64,000 nt of DNA from an uncultured Actinomycetes bacterium (GTDB taxonomy: Bacteria > Actinomycetota > Acidimicrobiia > Acidimicrobiales > JACCXE01), in the NCBI GenBank assembly GCA_963769985.1, contig CAVYNR010000012.1:50766-114765 (forward strand), given 5' to 3'. The position numbers were made by a program, and so were the translations under genes. Below the pieces are notes generated by a model. The model made no database searches. It was not told the origin of the DNA and was given only the letters and a program-made list of their open reading frames with translations. The first letter of the stretch is position 1; every line of letters starts with the position of its first letter. Below are positions 34,676 through 46,508 of this stretch, in pieces.

Positions 34676-36753
34676 CTAGAAAACGTCGGCTTCTCGGGGG
34701 TAGTGGCAGGCCGCAGTGTGATCCGGGCCTTGCGGCGTCAGCGCCGGGTCGATCTCGACGCACGCTTGACGCCGCGGCTCGTCCAGACGGGCGAACGTTG
34801 GGCACCGAGCCCGGAACCGGCACCCGACGCGCTCCTCTTTCGTACTGGGGAGATCGCCTTGCAGGATGATGCGCTTGCGGGCGCGTTCGCGCTGCGGATC
34901 GGGCAGCGGCACCGCCGGAAAGCAACGCTTGCGTGTAGGGGTGCGCGGGTTGGCTGAACACCGCGGCGACCGGACCGAGCTCCACGATGCGCCCGAGGTA
35001 CATCACCGCGACGCGGTCGGCGCTGTGGCGCACCACCGACAAGTCGTGGGCCACGAAGAGATACGACAGGCGCAGCGTGGCGCGTAGCTGCTCGAGCAAG
35101 TTGATGATGCCGGCACGGATGGAAACGTCGAGCGCAGACACCGGTTCGTCGAGAACAACGAGCTTCGGTTGCAGGGCCAGCGCACGGGCGATGCCGACGC
35201 GTTGGCGTTGTCCCCCTGAGAACTCGTGCGGATACCGACTCGCGTGGGTCGGCGAGAGCCCGACGAGTTGGAGCAGTTCGCGGACGCGCTCGCTGCGGTC
35301 GGCCTTGTCAACGCCATAGGTCGACAGGCCTTCGCTGAGAATGTCGCTGACGGGAAGCTTCGGGTCGAGCGACGCCATGGGATCTTGGAACACCACCGAC
35401 ACGTTGCGGCGCAGATCGTGGCGCTCTTTGGTCGACAGCGTTGCCGTGTCCTGGCCGAGCACGCTGATCGACCCCTTTGTCGGCTTGGCCAACGCGAGGA
35501 TCTCGTTGATGGTCGTCGTCTTGCCGCAGCCTGATTCGCCGACGAGCCCGAACGTCTCGCCCTCGCGGATGTCGAACGTGATCCCGTCGACGGCCGCGAC
35601 TTCTCCGACCTGGCGGCGGAACACAAGCCCGCGGGTAAGCGGAAACGTGCGCACCAGATCGGTCACTTGGAGCACGACGGGCCGGCCTTCACGCATCGTC
35701 TCGGTTACGACAGGTGGCGGCGTGGGCGCGGCGAACACGTCGGTCGCCTTCAAGTCGTTCTCGGCGACGAACGCCGTTCGATGACACGCGCTCGCATGCC
35801 AGGGGTCGTCGGTCGGGAGTAACGGCGGTTCGGTCACCTCGCACACGTCGATCTTCAACGGACACCGCGGTGCAAACGGACAGCCGGAGGGCAATGCGAC
35901 CAACGAGGGCGGGTTGCCTTCGACTGGCGTCAGCGGATCGCGTCCCGTGGCATCGGCACGCGGCAACGAGCCGAGCAAACCGAGCGTGTAAGGCATACGT
36001 GGCCGGTAGAACACGTCGTCGACACTGCCCGTTTCCACGGGCTTGCCCGCGTACATCACCATGACGCGATCGGCGAAGCCCGCGATCACACCTAAGTCGT
36101 GGGTGATCATCACGATGGCGGCGCCCGTGGCTTCCTGCGCTCGCTCGAGCACCTCGAGCACCTGCGCTTGGATCGTCACGTCCAGAGCGGTCGTCGGCTC
36201 GTCGGCGATTATCACGTCGGGGTTGTTGGCGATGGCCATGGCGATCATCACGCGCTGGCGCATCCCGCCGGAGAATTCGTGCGGGAAGCTGCGGGCGCGT
36301 TCGCCCGGGTTCGGGATGCCGACAAGGTCGAGCAACTCCACGGCCTTTTTCTCCGCGTCGTCGCGACTGACGTCGTTGTGAACCCGCACCGCTTCGACGA
36401 TCTGTTGACCGACGGTGTAGACGGGGGTCAGCGCCGAAAGTGGATCCTGGAACACCATGGCCACATTGCGGCCCCGGATCTTCGACATCTCCGCGTCGCC
36501 GAGACCCAGCAACTCCCGCCCGCGGTACTGGACCGAACCGGACACACGTGCGGTCCGCGGCAACAGGCCGAGCACCGCCAGGGCCGAGACCGACTTGCCC
36601 GACCCCGACTCGCCGACCACACCGAACACCTCGCCCGGCGCGACCTCGTAGGACACGCCGCGCACCGCGTTGACGGTGCCGGCCTCGCTCGGGAAGTCGA
36701 CGACGAGGTTGCTGACGCGCAGAACCGGCTCGATCGGGGCGGCGGGCTGTCAT
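34676..36753 (-). CDS. Peptide/nickel ABC transporter, double ATP-binding subunit (frameshifts near both ends)
   Basis: Two NBDs ([16 protein letters not shown]; [16 protein letters not shown]) and oligopeptide-type C-terminal Cys motifs. Confidence 0.92.
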
Positions 36754-37676
36754 GTCTTGTTCGACGAAGCCGAGTTGGGATCGAGCGCGTCGCGCATCCC
36801 GTCGCCGATAACGCTGACCGCGAGCACGGTGATGACCAGCGCGCCGCCCGAGAACAAGAACAACCAGGGGAACGTGATGGCTGACCGCGTGCCGTCGGCG
36901 ATCAAGGTGCCGAGCGACACGTCGGGCGGCTGCACGCCGAAACCGAAATAGCTCAGGCCAGTCTCGGCCAGGATCGCGCCGCCGACGTTGAGCGTCGCGT
37001 CGATGATCAACAGTGACGACATGTTCGGCAGCAGGTGTCTGAAGATGATCTTCCGCGATGGCACCCCCATGAAACGCGCCGCCTTCACGAATTCCTGCTC
37101 CTTGAGACTCAACGCCAGGCCGCGCACGACGCGGGCCGTGATCATCCAACTGAACGCGGCAAGCAGGAAGACGAATATCAGCCACGTCTTGCCGCGGAAG
37201 CTCGGGCTCAGGATGGCGATTATGAGGAACGCGGGCAGTACGAGCAGCAAGTCGACGAACCACATCAAGACCCGATCGGCCCATCCGCCGAAGTAGCCCG
37301 CTGTTGCGCCGACGACCGCGGCCAAGCCCGTCGACACGAACGCCGTGAGCAAGCCGATCACCAGCGACTTCTGCAGCCCGCGCAACGTCTGCGCGTAAAC
37401 GTCCTGGCCGATCTGGGTCGTGCCAAACCAGTGCTTGGTCGACGGACCCTGCAAGAACGAGTTGTAGTCCGTCGACTTGTAATCCCATTGTGAGAAGTAC
37501 GGGCCGATGAATGCGAACGCGATCAGCGCTAGCAACACGACGAGACCACTGACCGCGACCTTCTTGCGTAGGAAGCGCCGCAAGACCAGCCGACCGCGGG
37601 TGACGTGGTCCTCTACGGCGAGCTCGGCCGCTGCCTCGATGGCGAGGCCGGCCCCGGGTTGGATTTCGGCCGGCAC
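36750..37676 (-). CDS. Peptide/nickel ABC transporter permease (OppC-like)
   Basis: HWFGTTQIGQD, EFVKAARFMG, RHLLPN, ETGLSYFGFG. Confidence 0.92.
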   Translation of the reverse strand: MPAEIQPGAGLAIEAAAELAVEDHVTRGRLVLRRFLRKKVAVSGLVVLLALIAFAFIGPYFSQWDYKSTDYNSFLQGPSTKHWFGTTQIGQDVYAQTLRGLQKSLVIGLLTAFVSTGLAAVVGATAGYFGGWADRVLMWFVDLLLVLPAFLIIAILSPSFRGKTWLIFVFLLAAFSWMITARVVRGLALSLKEQEFVKAARFMGVPSRKIIFRHLLPNMSSLLIIDATLNVGGAILAETGLSYFGFGVQPPDVSLGTLIADGTRSAITFPWLFLFSGGALVITVLAVSVIGDGMRDALDPNSASSNKT

Positions 37677-38659
37677 TAGGAGATCCGTACCCGGGGGTCG
37701 AGGGCCGAGTACGCGAGGTCGGCGAGCATGCCGGCGATGAGCACCAACACCGCGGAGAACGCGGTGACGGCCGCCACCGCGTTGACGTCGTTGGCGATGA
37801 CGGAGTCGATGAACCATTCGCCCATGCCGTGCCAGCCGAAGATCTTCTCGGTGAACGTGGCGCCGGTCAGCAGCAGCCCGAACTGGTACGCAAAGAACGT
37901 CGCCATCGGAATCAGCGCGGTGCGCAGCCCATGCTTCACGAGGGCTTCACGCCGACGCAGGCCCTTCGCTTGCGCGGTGCGCAGGAAGTCGCTGCCCAAC
38001 ACGTCGAGCATGGCGCTGCGTTGGTATCGGCTGTAGAACGCAACCTGTCCGAGCACGAGGCTGAGCGTCGGCAGCACGAAGTGCTGGAACCGATCGGTGG
38101 CGTGGGTCCAGAAGCTGCCGGACAGGCCGGGCGTTTTCTCGCCCGTGTAATAGAGCAATGTCGTGCCGACCTGGTCGTTGAGATTCAACGCGCCGACCTT
38201 GAGCAAGACCGCGAGCAGGAACACTGGGATCGACAGGATCACGAACGACACGACCGTCGCCGAGTAGTCGGTGAGCTTGTACTGCTTCACGGCGCTAATG
38301 ACGCCGACGGCCACGCCGAGCAGCCCGCCGAGAATCGAGCCGATCAAGAGCAGCCGCAGCGTGACACCCATGCGGCGCCACATCTCAGAACTCACCGGCT
38401 GGCCGTAGATGGTCTTGCCGAGGTCGCCCTGTACCGCCGGGACCGCCCAGTCCTTGAAGCGCGTGAGGACCGGGACCTCGTCGTTGAGGTTCAACTCGTT
38501 CAGCTTGGCGTCGACCGACGCCTTGGGCGGCGGCGGGTTGCGACCCTCGAAGTTCGACCGGGGATTCAGGCTCGTGGCGGCCACGATGTAACCGAGCGAC
38601 GTGGCGAGGATGACGAGTACGAGGTAGTTGGCAAACCGGCGCAGGAGGAACTTCGCCAC
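37676..38659 (-). CDS. Peptide/nickel ABC transporter permease (OppB-like)
   Basis: GDLG, HFVLP, DFLRTAQAKGL, TEKIFGWHGMG. Confidence 0.92.
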   Translation of the reverse strand: MAKFLLRRFANYLVLVILATSLGYIVAATSLNPRSNFEGRNPPPPKASVDAKLNELNLNDEVPVLTRFKDWAVPAVQGDLGKTIYGQPVSSEMWRRMGVTLRLLLIGSILGGLLGVAVGVISAVKQYKLTDYSATVVSFVILSIPVFLLAVLLKVGALNLNDQVGTTLLYYTGEKTPGLSGSFWTHATDRFQHFVLPTLSLVLGQVAFYSRYQRSAMLDVLGSDFLRTAQAKGLRRREALVKHGLRTALIPMATFFAYQFGLLLTGATFTEKIFGWHGMGEWFIDSVIANDVNAVAAVTAFSAVLVLIAGMLADLAYSALDPRVRIS

Positions 38660-38662
38660 GAC

Positions 38663-39499
38663 TCAGGCGAGCAGTCCGGGCAAGGCTCCCGCGTGACCGG
38701 TGACGAAGAGCACGCCGATAACGGCGCTCATGATGCAAGTAACAGCGGTCAACACGACAAAGGCGCGGTTACCCCGCGACATAACCTTCCAACCGAACGC
38801 GGCGCCGACGGCGAGCAAGCCGGTAGTGGCAACGATGCCGCACACAAACGCCGCCAACACGGCGATCGCCGCCGCCGTCGAAGCCACGTGGCTGGCGCTC
38901 ACCAGCACGACTGCCTGGGTGCCCGTCTCCGCTCCCACGCCGTGGAGCAGACCAATCGCAATCGCGCCAGCGGTGGTGTAGCTGCTCACGTCGACCGCGT
39001 GCACGTGGCGATGGCGGTGCGAGGTGATCACGTTGGGCGCTGACGATTCGTCGGCTGCGGGCTCGTTGTGGTTGTGGGTGTGTGACCGGTCGTGGGCGTG
39101 GTCGTGGTGATGTTCGACTTCGACGCGTTGCGTGCGGCGCACGCGCTCACGCAGTCGGGCCAGGCCGCGGAACAGGAGGACGCCGCGGCTAACGGGTGTT
39201 GCGTTCCCGTTCCGCAAACTGGCGAGAAGATAGACGGCGAGCACGAGCAGCGTCACACCTACAAGCCGCTCCATGAACGGGTCGATCCAATCCGGCAGCC
39301 GCTCACCGGCGGTAATCGCAAGTACGCCGAGCGTCATGACGGCCACGCCGTGGCCGAGCGCGTAGAGCATCGCGAGCATGGCGGAGCGCCGCCGATCGGC
39401 TTCGGCTCCGGTGATGTCGGTGATCGCCGCCAGATGGTCCCAGTCGAGCCCGTGCCGCAGTCCCAACCCGAAGGTCGACAGCAACAGGATCAAACTCAC
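38663..39499 (-). CDS. NiCoT/HoxN-related nickel/cobalt transporter with a His-rich loop
   Basis: GLRHGLDWDHLAAI (NiCoT-type HxxDxDH), EHHHDHAHDRSHTHNH loop, GLLHGVG. Confidence 0.8.
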   Translation of the reverse strand: MSLILLLSTFGLGLRHGLDWDHLAAITDITGAEADRRRSAMLAMLYALGHGVAVMTLGVLAITAGERLPDWIDPFMERLVGVTLLVLAVYLLASLRNGNATPVSRGVLLFRGLARLRERVRRTQRVEVEHHHDHAHDRSHTHNHNEPAADESSAPNVITSHRHRHVHAVDVSSYTTAGAIAIGLLHGVGAETGTQAVVLVSASHVASTAAAIAVLAAFVCGIVATTGLLAVGAAFGWKVMSRGNRAFVVLTAVTCIMSAVIGVLFVTGHAGALPGLLA

Positions 39500-39514
39500 G
39501 GACCGACGTTAGGT

Positions 39515-40175
39515 CTAGCGGGGTGGATGCTTCGCGAAGTACTCCTCTTCGCGCGCCGCCATCGCGCGGCAGCGTCTCCCAATCCGGCTCGGCCCGTGAG
39601 ATGTCGTCGGGCCAAGTCGCCACAGTCGCGCTCGCCCACTCTTGCCAGCGCTCGACCGCGCCATAGAGGTCGTCGAGGAACCGGCCGCACAGGATGAGCC
39701 AGGCCAAGCGATCAGGGAACCCCCCTTGACCCTCGAGATAGGCGCGCGAGATGCCGGCGGCGGAGCGGAAGCGCTCGTCGATCCAGTCGCGTGTGCTCTC
39801 GATGGTTGCGACCAGGTCTTGCTTCGTGCCGTGTTCGGCGAAGAACACCTTCACGAGCTGCTCGAACTCCAGGACCGGACCTTCGCCCGGCGTCGGCACC
39901 CACGCCGCCATCGCGCGGCGTCCCTTCGCCGTGATCGAGTACACGGTGCGGGGCCGCTTGCCGACCTTCTCCGACGTCGCTTTGGCCAGGCCCTGCGCGA
40001 CGAGCTTCTTCGGCTCCTCGTAAAGCTTGCTCTGCGCGCGCGGCCAGAACTCGCCGAGCGCGCGCTGCATCTGTTGAGCCAATTCGTAAGTCGTCCACGG
40101 CTTGAGCGCCAGCAACCCGAGGATCGCGTACGAGGTGGTGGTCAGCGAAGACCGCGCCGACAAAGACTGCGCCAT
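39515..40175 (-). CDS. PadR family transcriptional regulator (frameshift near 3' end)
   Basis: AILGLL..TTYEL..FW..AQSKLYEEPKKL..GL..RTVYSITAKG. Confidence 0.9.
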
Positions 40176-40180
40176 TGACT

Positions 40181-40221
40181 TACTCCCTTTGGGACTGTAA
40201 TAATACTCTCTTCGGGAGTAT
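40181..40221. promoter_or_regulatory. Imperfect palindromes between divergent padR and methyltransferase (putative PadR operators)
   Basis: TACTCCCTTTGGGACTGTA and ATACTCTCTTCGGGAGTAT in an AT-rich gap. Confidence 0.45.
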
Positions 40222-40244
40222 ATTGCGAGAGCGGGAGATCAGAT

Positions 40245-41105
40245 ATGACGACGACGGAGGGCACCGTGGAGATTGCGAACGTCGAAATGGCCAAGGCGTG
40301 GGACGGCCACGACGGCGACCACTGGACCGACTACGCCGATCAGTACGAACGGGCGGGTCGGCTCACCTGGAAGCAGTTCGAGTCCGCCAATCTCGTCCGC
40401 CCGACCGACGACGTGCTCGACGTCGGCTGCGGCTCCGGAGCCGGCGCGTTGTATGCCGCCGGCGTCACCAGTGGCTCCGTGCTCGGCGTCGACCTGTCGT
40501 CGCGCATGCTCGGCCTGGCACGCGAGCGCGCCGCCGAGAAGGGCCTCACCAACGTGACCTTCGAGCAGGGCGACGCTCAGGTGTACCCGTTCGCGCCGGA
40601 CTCGTTTGATCTCGCGCTGTCGAGCTACGGCGCCATGTTCTTCAACGACCCGGTCGCAGCGTTTACCAACATCGGTCGCGGCGTCCGAGCGGGTGGACGC
40701 TTGGTGTTGCTGGCGTGGCGTGACTTGTCGAGCAACGCCTGGCTCATGGCCCTGCGCGACGCGCTGGCGATGGGCCGCGACCTGCCCGTCCCACCGCCGG
40801 ATGCGCCGTCGCCGTTCGCGCTCGCCGATCCCGACCGCGTGCGTGTACGGCTCGCGGCCGCCGGATTCGAGTCGGCCGAGTTCACACCGATTGACGAGCC
40901 GATGGATCTCGGTGCCAACCTCGAGGACGCGTTCGCCTTCGTCCGTGAGTTCGGCATCGTCGAAGGCTTGAGTAACGACCTCGACGACACGCAAAAGGCT
41001 CAGGCGCTCGACAACATCCGCGCGTTGCTGGCGAAGGCCGAGACCCCCGACGGCGTCCTGCTCGACAGCGGGTCGTGGTTGATCACGGCGGTGCGCACGG
41101 CTTAG
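40245..41105 (+). CDS. Class I SAM-dependent methyltransferase
   Basis: VLDVGCGSG, GVDLS, GDAQ, SYGAMFFNDP. Confidence 0.92.
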   Translation: MTTTEGTVEIANVEMAKAWDGHDGDHWTDYADQYERAGRLTWKQFESANLVRPTDDVLDVGCGSGAGALYAAGVTSGSVLGVDLSSRMLGLARERAAEKGLTNVTFEQGDAQVYPFAPDSFDLALSSYGAMFFNDPVAAFTNIGRGVRAGGRLVLLAWRDLSSNAWLMALRDALAMGRDLPVPPPDAPSPFALADPDRVRVRLAAAGFESAEFTPIDEPMDLGANLEDAFAFVREFGIVEGLSNDLDDTQKAQALDNIRALLAKAETPDGVLLDSGSWLITAVRTA

Positions 41106-41994
41106 AGCGCCGCCGCGCCAGGGACTCATGTCGAGTCCCTGGTGGCGACGCTCCATTGCGTCGACGGTCGCCGCCGTCCAGTACGCGTGGCCCGGCCGGG
41201 GGATACCGAAGAGCGCGAGATCGTCGGGGCACTTGCCGGCGAGGAACTTCGAGAAGTCACTGCTGAGGCCGAGGCGCGGGAACGCGTCGTAGCCGAACCA
41301 CTCCTGGCCGCCGAGCTTGAAGCTGATCACCATCACGAACCGCGACGCGCCGGCACGACCGAAGTCGCTCCCCCGGTGCCACACGTCGGACCGGTACGCG
41401 AGGAACGTGCCGCGCTTGCCGGTGGCTACGACTTCGTGCTCGTACAGATCCTCGTAGGGCGTGTCGTCGCTGACCTGCGATCGCGGCACGAGACGCGGCG
41501 GCGCGCAATCCTCGTCGACGTCGGACAGATACAAGAAGCCTTCGAGGTGCCAGAAGCCGGGCTCCATCCGCGGCGGCACAAGCGAGTGGTTGCCGTCCTG
41601 ATGCAGCGGTTGTTCGTAGTTGACTGCGCCGGCCCACTTGCCCCACACGGCGGCCTGATAGATGCGCAGGTCGTCGCTCTGCATCGCCGCGCTCGCGAAC
41701 GCGCGCACGTTCGGGTGTACGAACAGGTCGTTCAACGCCCCGGATCCACTGACGGGAAACCCGCGCATGCCCTGAAACTGCGACGCGCGGAACGACTTGC
41801 CTTCAGGCTGCGCCGTCGCCGAAGCCTTCGGCCTGGTTGTAGTTGTCGTATGTGTCGGCGCCGTAGAGCCGCGCCAGATCGTCGGCGGCGGCGTCGATGT
41901 CGGCTTCGGGGACGAGCCCTTCCACGAATGCCCACCCGTCGTGTTGCCATTGGCGCGCCTTCGTACCGAGCTCGTCAGCCACGGTGGGCATCAT
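41102..41994 (-). CDS. Phytanoyl-CoA dioxygenase (PhyH) family protein (frameshifted)
   Basis: WQHDGWAFVEG, LHQD, YLSDV, VWHRGS..R. Confidence 0.8.
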
Positions 41995-42000
41995 GCCGCG

Positions 42001-43372
42001 GTGGACGTCGCCGCGATCGCATCGCGACTGCTCGACGGCGACACGACGCTGTGGCCGTCACCAAGCGTTGCGTCGACGCGCCTGGGTTGGCTCACACTTC
42101 CCCGCGACCTCGTCGATGACGCCGGCGAACTTCGGGCGTGGGCCGATCAACTCGAGCGGTCGCACGTCGTGTTGCTCGGAATGGGCGGCTCGTCGCTGGG
42201 ACCGGAGGTGTTGCGCGCCGCGGTCGGGTTCGGGCGCGCTCACCGTGCTCGACACCACCGAGCCGGCGACCGTGGCCGCGGTGACCGACGATCTGCGCGA
42301 CGCACTGATCGTCGTGTCGTCGAAGTCGGGCGGAACGCTCGAAATCCAGGCGTTGCTGGCGCGGTGCTGGGAGGTGCAGCCCGACCCGGCGCGCTACGTC
42401 GCCATCACCGACCCGGGCACCGGCCTCGACGACTTGGCGACAGAACGCGAACTTCGGCCGCGTCTTCCGCAACGACCCCGACATCGGCGGTCGCTATTCG
42501 GTGCTGTCGTACTTCGGGCTGGTGCCGGCGGCGTTGCTCGGCTACGACGTCGTCGAGCTGCTCGCCGGCGCGCGGTGACGTGGACACGGTCACCGCCGGT
42601 GCGCGCCGGTCTTGAGATGGGCGAGGCCGCGCTGACGGGCCAAGACAAGGCGACGATCCGCGTGCCCGATGCGTTCGCCGAGTTCGGCTTGTGGGTCGAG
42701 CAACTGGTCGCGGAGAGCTTGGGCAAGCAGGGCAAGGGTGTCGTGCCGGTCCCCACCACCGAACCCGAGAAGGGCGACGACCGTCACCACATGACCGTGG
42801 ACACTGGCCTCGCCGCGACGATCTCGGCCGCGCGTTCATGTGGTGGGAGCTCGCCACCGCCGCCGCCGGCCACGCCCTCGACCGTCGATCCGTTCGACGA
42901 ACCGAACGTGGCCGAGAGCAAGGCCAACACCAAGCGGGTCCTCGACGAGCTTGCCGCTGCCCGTCGATCGAGCGCCGCCGACCCCGACGCGGTCACGGCG
43001 TGGCTGCTCGCGCAGGTGCGGCCGGGCGACTACGTGTCGCTGCAGGCGTACACGCCCTACGGCGACGCCTTCGGGCTCGAGCAGACGCGGCGCCGCGTGC
43101 GCGACGCGCTCGGCGGCATGGCGGTGACCGCCGGCTACGGGCCGCGCTTCCTGCACTCGACGGGCCAGCTGCACAAGGGCGGGCCGAACAGGGTCGGTGG
43201 CGGTGCAGATCGTGCCGCGCTCGCCACGCGCCGCCGCTGGCCATTCCCGGGCTTCGCGTACGACTTCGGCACGCTGATCGACGCGCAGGCGATCGGCGAC
43301 CACCAAAGCCTCGTGCAGCACGGCCGCCGCGTCCTACGCGTCGCCGCCGACGACTTCGCCGAGATCAACTAG
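42001..43372 (+). CDS. pgi: Glucose-6-phosphate isomerase-like protein (frameshifted)
   Basis: RLGWL, GMGGSSLGPE, SSKSGGT.E, QLVAESLGKQGKG, DPFDEPNV, GPRFLHSTGQLHKGGP. Confidence 0.78.
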
Positions 43373-43382
43373 GGAGACACGT

Positions 43383-44331
43383 ATGCGACTGGCGATGGTT
43401 GGGCTCGGACGGATGGGCGCCGGCATGTCGCGGCGGCTCATGCAGGCCGGCCACGAGGTCGTCGGCTTCGACGTCGACCCCAAGGCGCGCGCCGACCTCG
43501 CGGCCGACGGCGCGATCGACGCGGCGTCACCCGAGGACGTCGTCGCAGCAGCTCGAACGCGCCACGGGTGGTGTGGCTGATGCTGCCCGCCGGGCCGATC
43601 ACGCAAGACAGCATCGATCACGTCGCCGCCGCGCTCGTCGCCGCGGCGACGTCATCGTCGACGGCGGCAACTCGCGTTTCACCGACGCCGTCGCGCCGCG
43701 CCGGCGACGCTGCAGGCGAGCGGCATCGCGTTCGTCGACGCCGGCGTGAGCGGCGGCATCTGGGGACTCGAGAACGGCTTCTGCCTGATGGTCGGCGGCA
43801 CGCGACGAAGCGGTGGCCGTCGTGCAGCCGGCGTTCGACGCGCTCGCGCCCGAACGACGGCTTCGCCCACGTCGGGCCGGCGGGCGCCGGGTCACTTCGT
43901 GAAGATGGTGCACAACGGCATCGAGTACGGGCTGATGCAGGCCTACGCCGAAGGCTTCGAGCTGATGGGCGCGGCCGACGAGTTCGAGCCTCGACCTGCA
44001 TCAGATCGCCGACGTGTGGCGCCACGGTTCGGTCGTGCGCTCGTGGCTGCTCGACCTCGACCGAGCGCGCGCTCGCCGACGGCAGCCGGCCTCGCCGAGA
44101 TCGAGGGCGTCGTCGCCGACTCGGGCGAAGGGCGCTGGACGGTGCGAGGACGCGGTCGAACCGCGCCGTTCCGCTGCCGGTCATCACCGCGTCGCTCGTA
44201 CGCCCGGTTCGCGACCCGCGACGTCGACGCGTTCGGCGCCGCGTCTGCTGGCGGCGTTGCGCAACCAGTTCGGCGGCCACGCCGTGTTCATCGAAGACGG
44301 CGACGCCGAACAGCCGAACCCCAAGTCGTGA
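43383..44331 (+). CDS. gnd: 6-phosphogluconate dehydrogenase, decarboxylating (short type; frameshifted)
   Basis: GLGRMG, VDGGNS, SGGIWG, GHFVKMVHNGIEYG, LRNQFGGH. Confidence 0.9.
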
Positions 44332-45827
44332 GCGCGCGTCGCGCCGCCGGCGGCGCTGGTCGTGATGGGCGCGTCGGGCGACCTCACGGCGCGCAAACTC
44401 ATCCCGGCGATCGCGCGAGCTGCACGCCGGCGGGTTCCTGCCGCACGGCTTCACCTTCGTCGGCACGGCGCGCACCGAGATGACCGACGAGCGAGTTCCA
44501 GGCGAAGGTGCTGCAGAGCGGCGCCCGACGGGCGGCGACGGCTGGCGCGACGTGCGTCAAGCGGTTCCGCTACGTCACCGGCGAGTACCACTCGCCCGCG
44601 ACCTACATCGCGCTCGGCGAGGTGCTGCGCGAAGTCGACGCAGCGTGCGGCACCGGCGGCAACCGCATCTTCTATCTGGCCACGCTGCCGGCGGTGTTCC
44701 CGACGATCGTCGAACACCTCGGCGGCGCGGGCCTCAACCGCCCGTCGGGCGAGCGGCAAGTTCGCGCGCGTCGTGATCGAGAAGCCCTACGGCCGCGACC
44801 TCAAGAGCGCCGAGCGAACTCGACCGGACCGTGCACCAGTCCTTCGACGAGTCGCAGCGTGTACCGCATCGACCACTACCTCGGGAAGGAGACGGTGCAG
44901 AACGTGTTGGCGTTGCGGTTCGCCAACGCGATCTTCGAACCGATCTGGAACCGCCGCTACATCGACAACGTGCAGATCACCGTCGCCGAGACGCTCGGCG
45001 TCGGCCACCGCGCCGGCTTCTACGAGACCGCCGGCGCGCTGCGCGACATCGTGCAGAACCACGTCCTCCAGGTGCTGACGCTGGTGGCGATGGAGCCGCC
45101 GGCGCGCGTCCAGCCCGAGGAGATCCGCGACGAGAAGGTGAAGGTGCTGCAAGGCCATCGACGTGATGACGCCCGACGACGTCGAACGACTACACCGTGC
45201 GCGGCCAGTACAAGGCCGGCACGGTCGACGGCGACAAGGTCGTCGGCTACTGCACGGAAGACGGCGTGGCCAAGGACAGCCACACCGAGACCTACGTCGC
45301 CGCCAAGTTCATGATCGACAACTGGCGCTGGGCGGGCGTGCCGTTCTACTTGCGCACCGGCAAGCGGTTGAAGGCGCACGCCACCGAGATCGCGCTGGAG
45401 TTCAAGGGCGTGCCCGCACCTGCCGTTCATGGCCACCGACGCGACGCGAACTCGGGCCGAACCTGCTCGTCGTGCGCGTGCAACCCGACGAGGGCATCAC
45501 GCTGCGGTTCGGCGCCAAGGTGCCCGGGCCAGGAGTTCAACGTGCGCTCCGTCGACATGGACTTCACCTACGCCGAGACGTTCACCGAAGCCGTCGCCCG
45601 ACGCCTACGAGCGGCTGCTGCTCGACGCGCTCGTCGGCGACCCGACGCTGTTCATCCGCGCCGACGAAGTGCGCAAGGCGTGGCGCATCTGCGACCCGAT
45701 CCTCGACGGGTGGGACGAACGGACGACCCGCCGCTCGCGCCACTACAAGGCCGGGCACGTGGGGTCCGAAGGAGGCCGACGAGTTGCTCGGCGCGCGACG
45801 GCGACGCACTGGCACCGGCCGTCATAG
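44328..45827 (+). CDS. zwf: Glucose-6-phosphate 1-dehydrogenase (frameshifted)
   Basis: [44 protein letters not shown]. Confidence 0.93.
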
Positions 45828-45832
45828 GTGAC

Positions 45833-46508
45833 GTGTACGGCGAGCTGATCGTCGTCGACGACGTCCCGGGCGCGTTCGCGGCGCGCGTCGATCGAGGCGT
45901 GGCGCGCACCGGCCGCGGCACGTACTTCAGCCTCGTGGTGTCGGGCGGCGACCTGGCGCGGCGCTGCTACGAGCAGCTCGCGGCGGACGGCGCGCGACGT
46001 CATCGACTGGTCGACGGTCGACATCTACTGGGGTGACGAGCGGCTCGTGCCGCGACGCCACCCCGACTCGAACGAGTTGCTGGTGCGCGCAGGCGTTGAT
46101 CAACCGCGTGCCGCCGGTGCGCGGCGTGTTCCCGATGCGGGTCGAGTCGAACGCCGGCGCACTACGACGCGCTGGTGCGCGGCGGCGGCGCCGTTCGACT
46201 TGATGCACCTCGGCCTCGGCCCCGACGCGCACACCGCGTCGCTGTTCCCCGACTCCGACGCGCTCGACGCGCCGATCGACCCGCTACGTCGTCGACAACG
46301 TCGACCCGACGGGCGACAACTTCCACGCACGCCGCACGCTGACCTTCGCCGGCATCGCGCATGGGCGACCTCGTCGTCGTCACCGTCGACGGCGACGAGA
46401 AGCGCGACGCGATGCAGCGGGTGCGCGACGGCGACCCGACGTGCCCGCCGCGCACATCCGCGCGCCGCGCGTGGAATGGTTGGTGGAGAAACGCGATGCC
46501 GTGAATGA
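45833..46508 (+). CDS. pgl: 6-phosphogluconolactonase (frameshifted)
   Basis: [33 protein letters not shown]; follows zwf. Confidence 0.85.
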
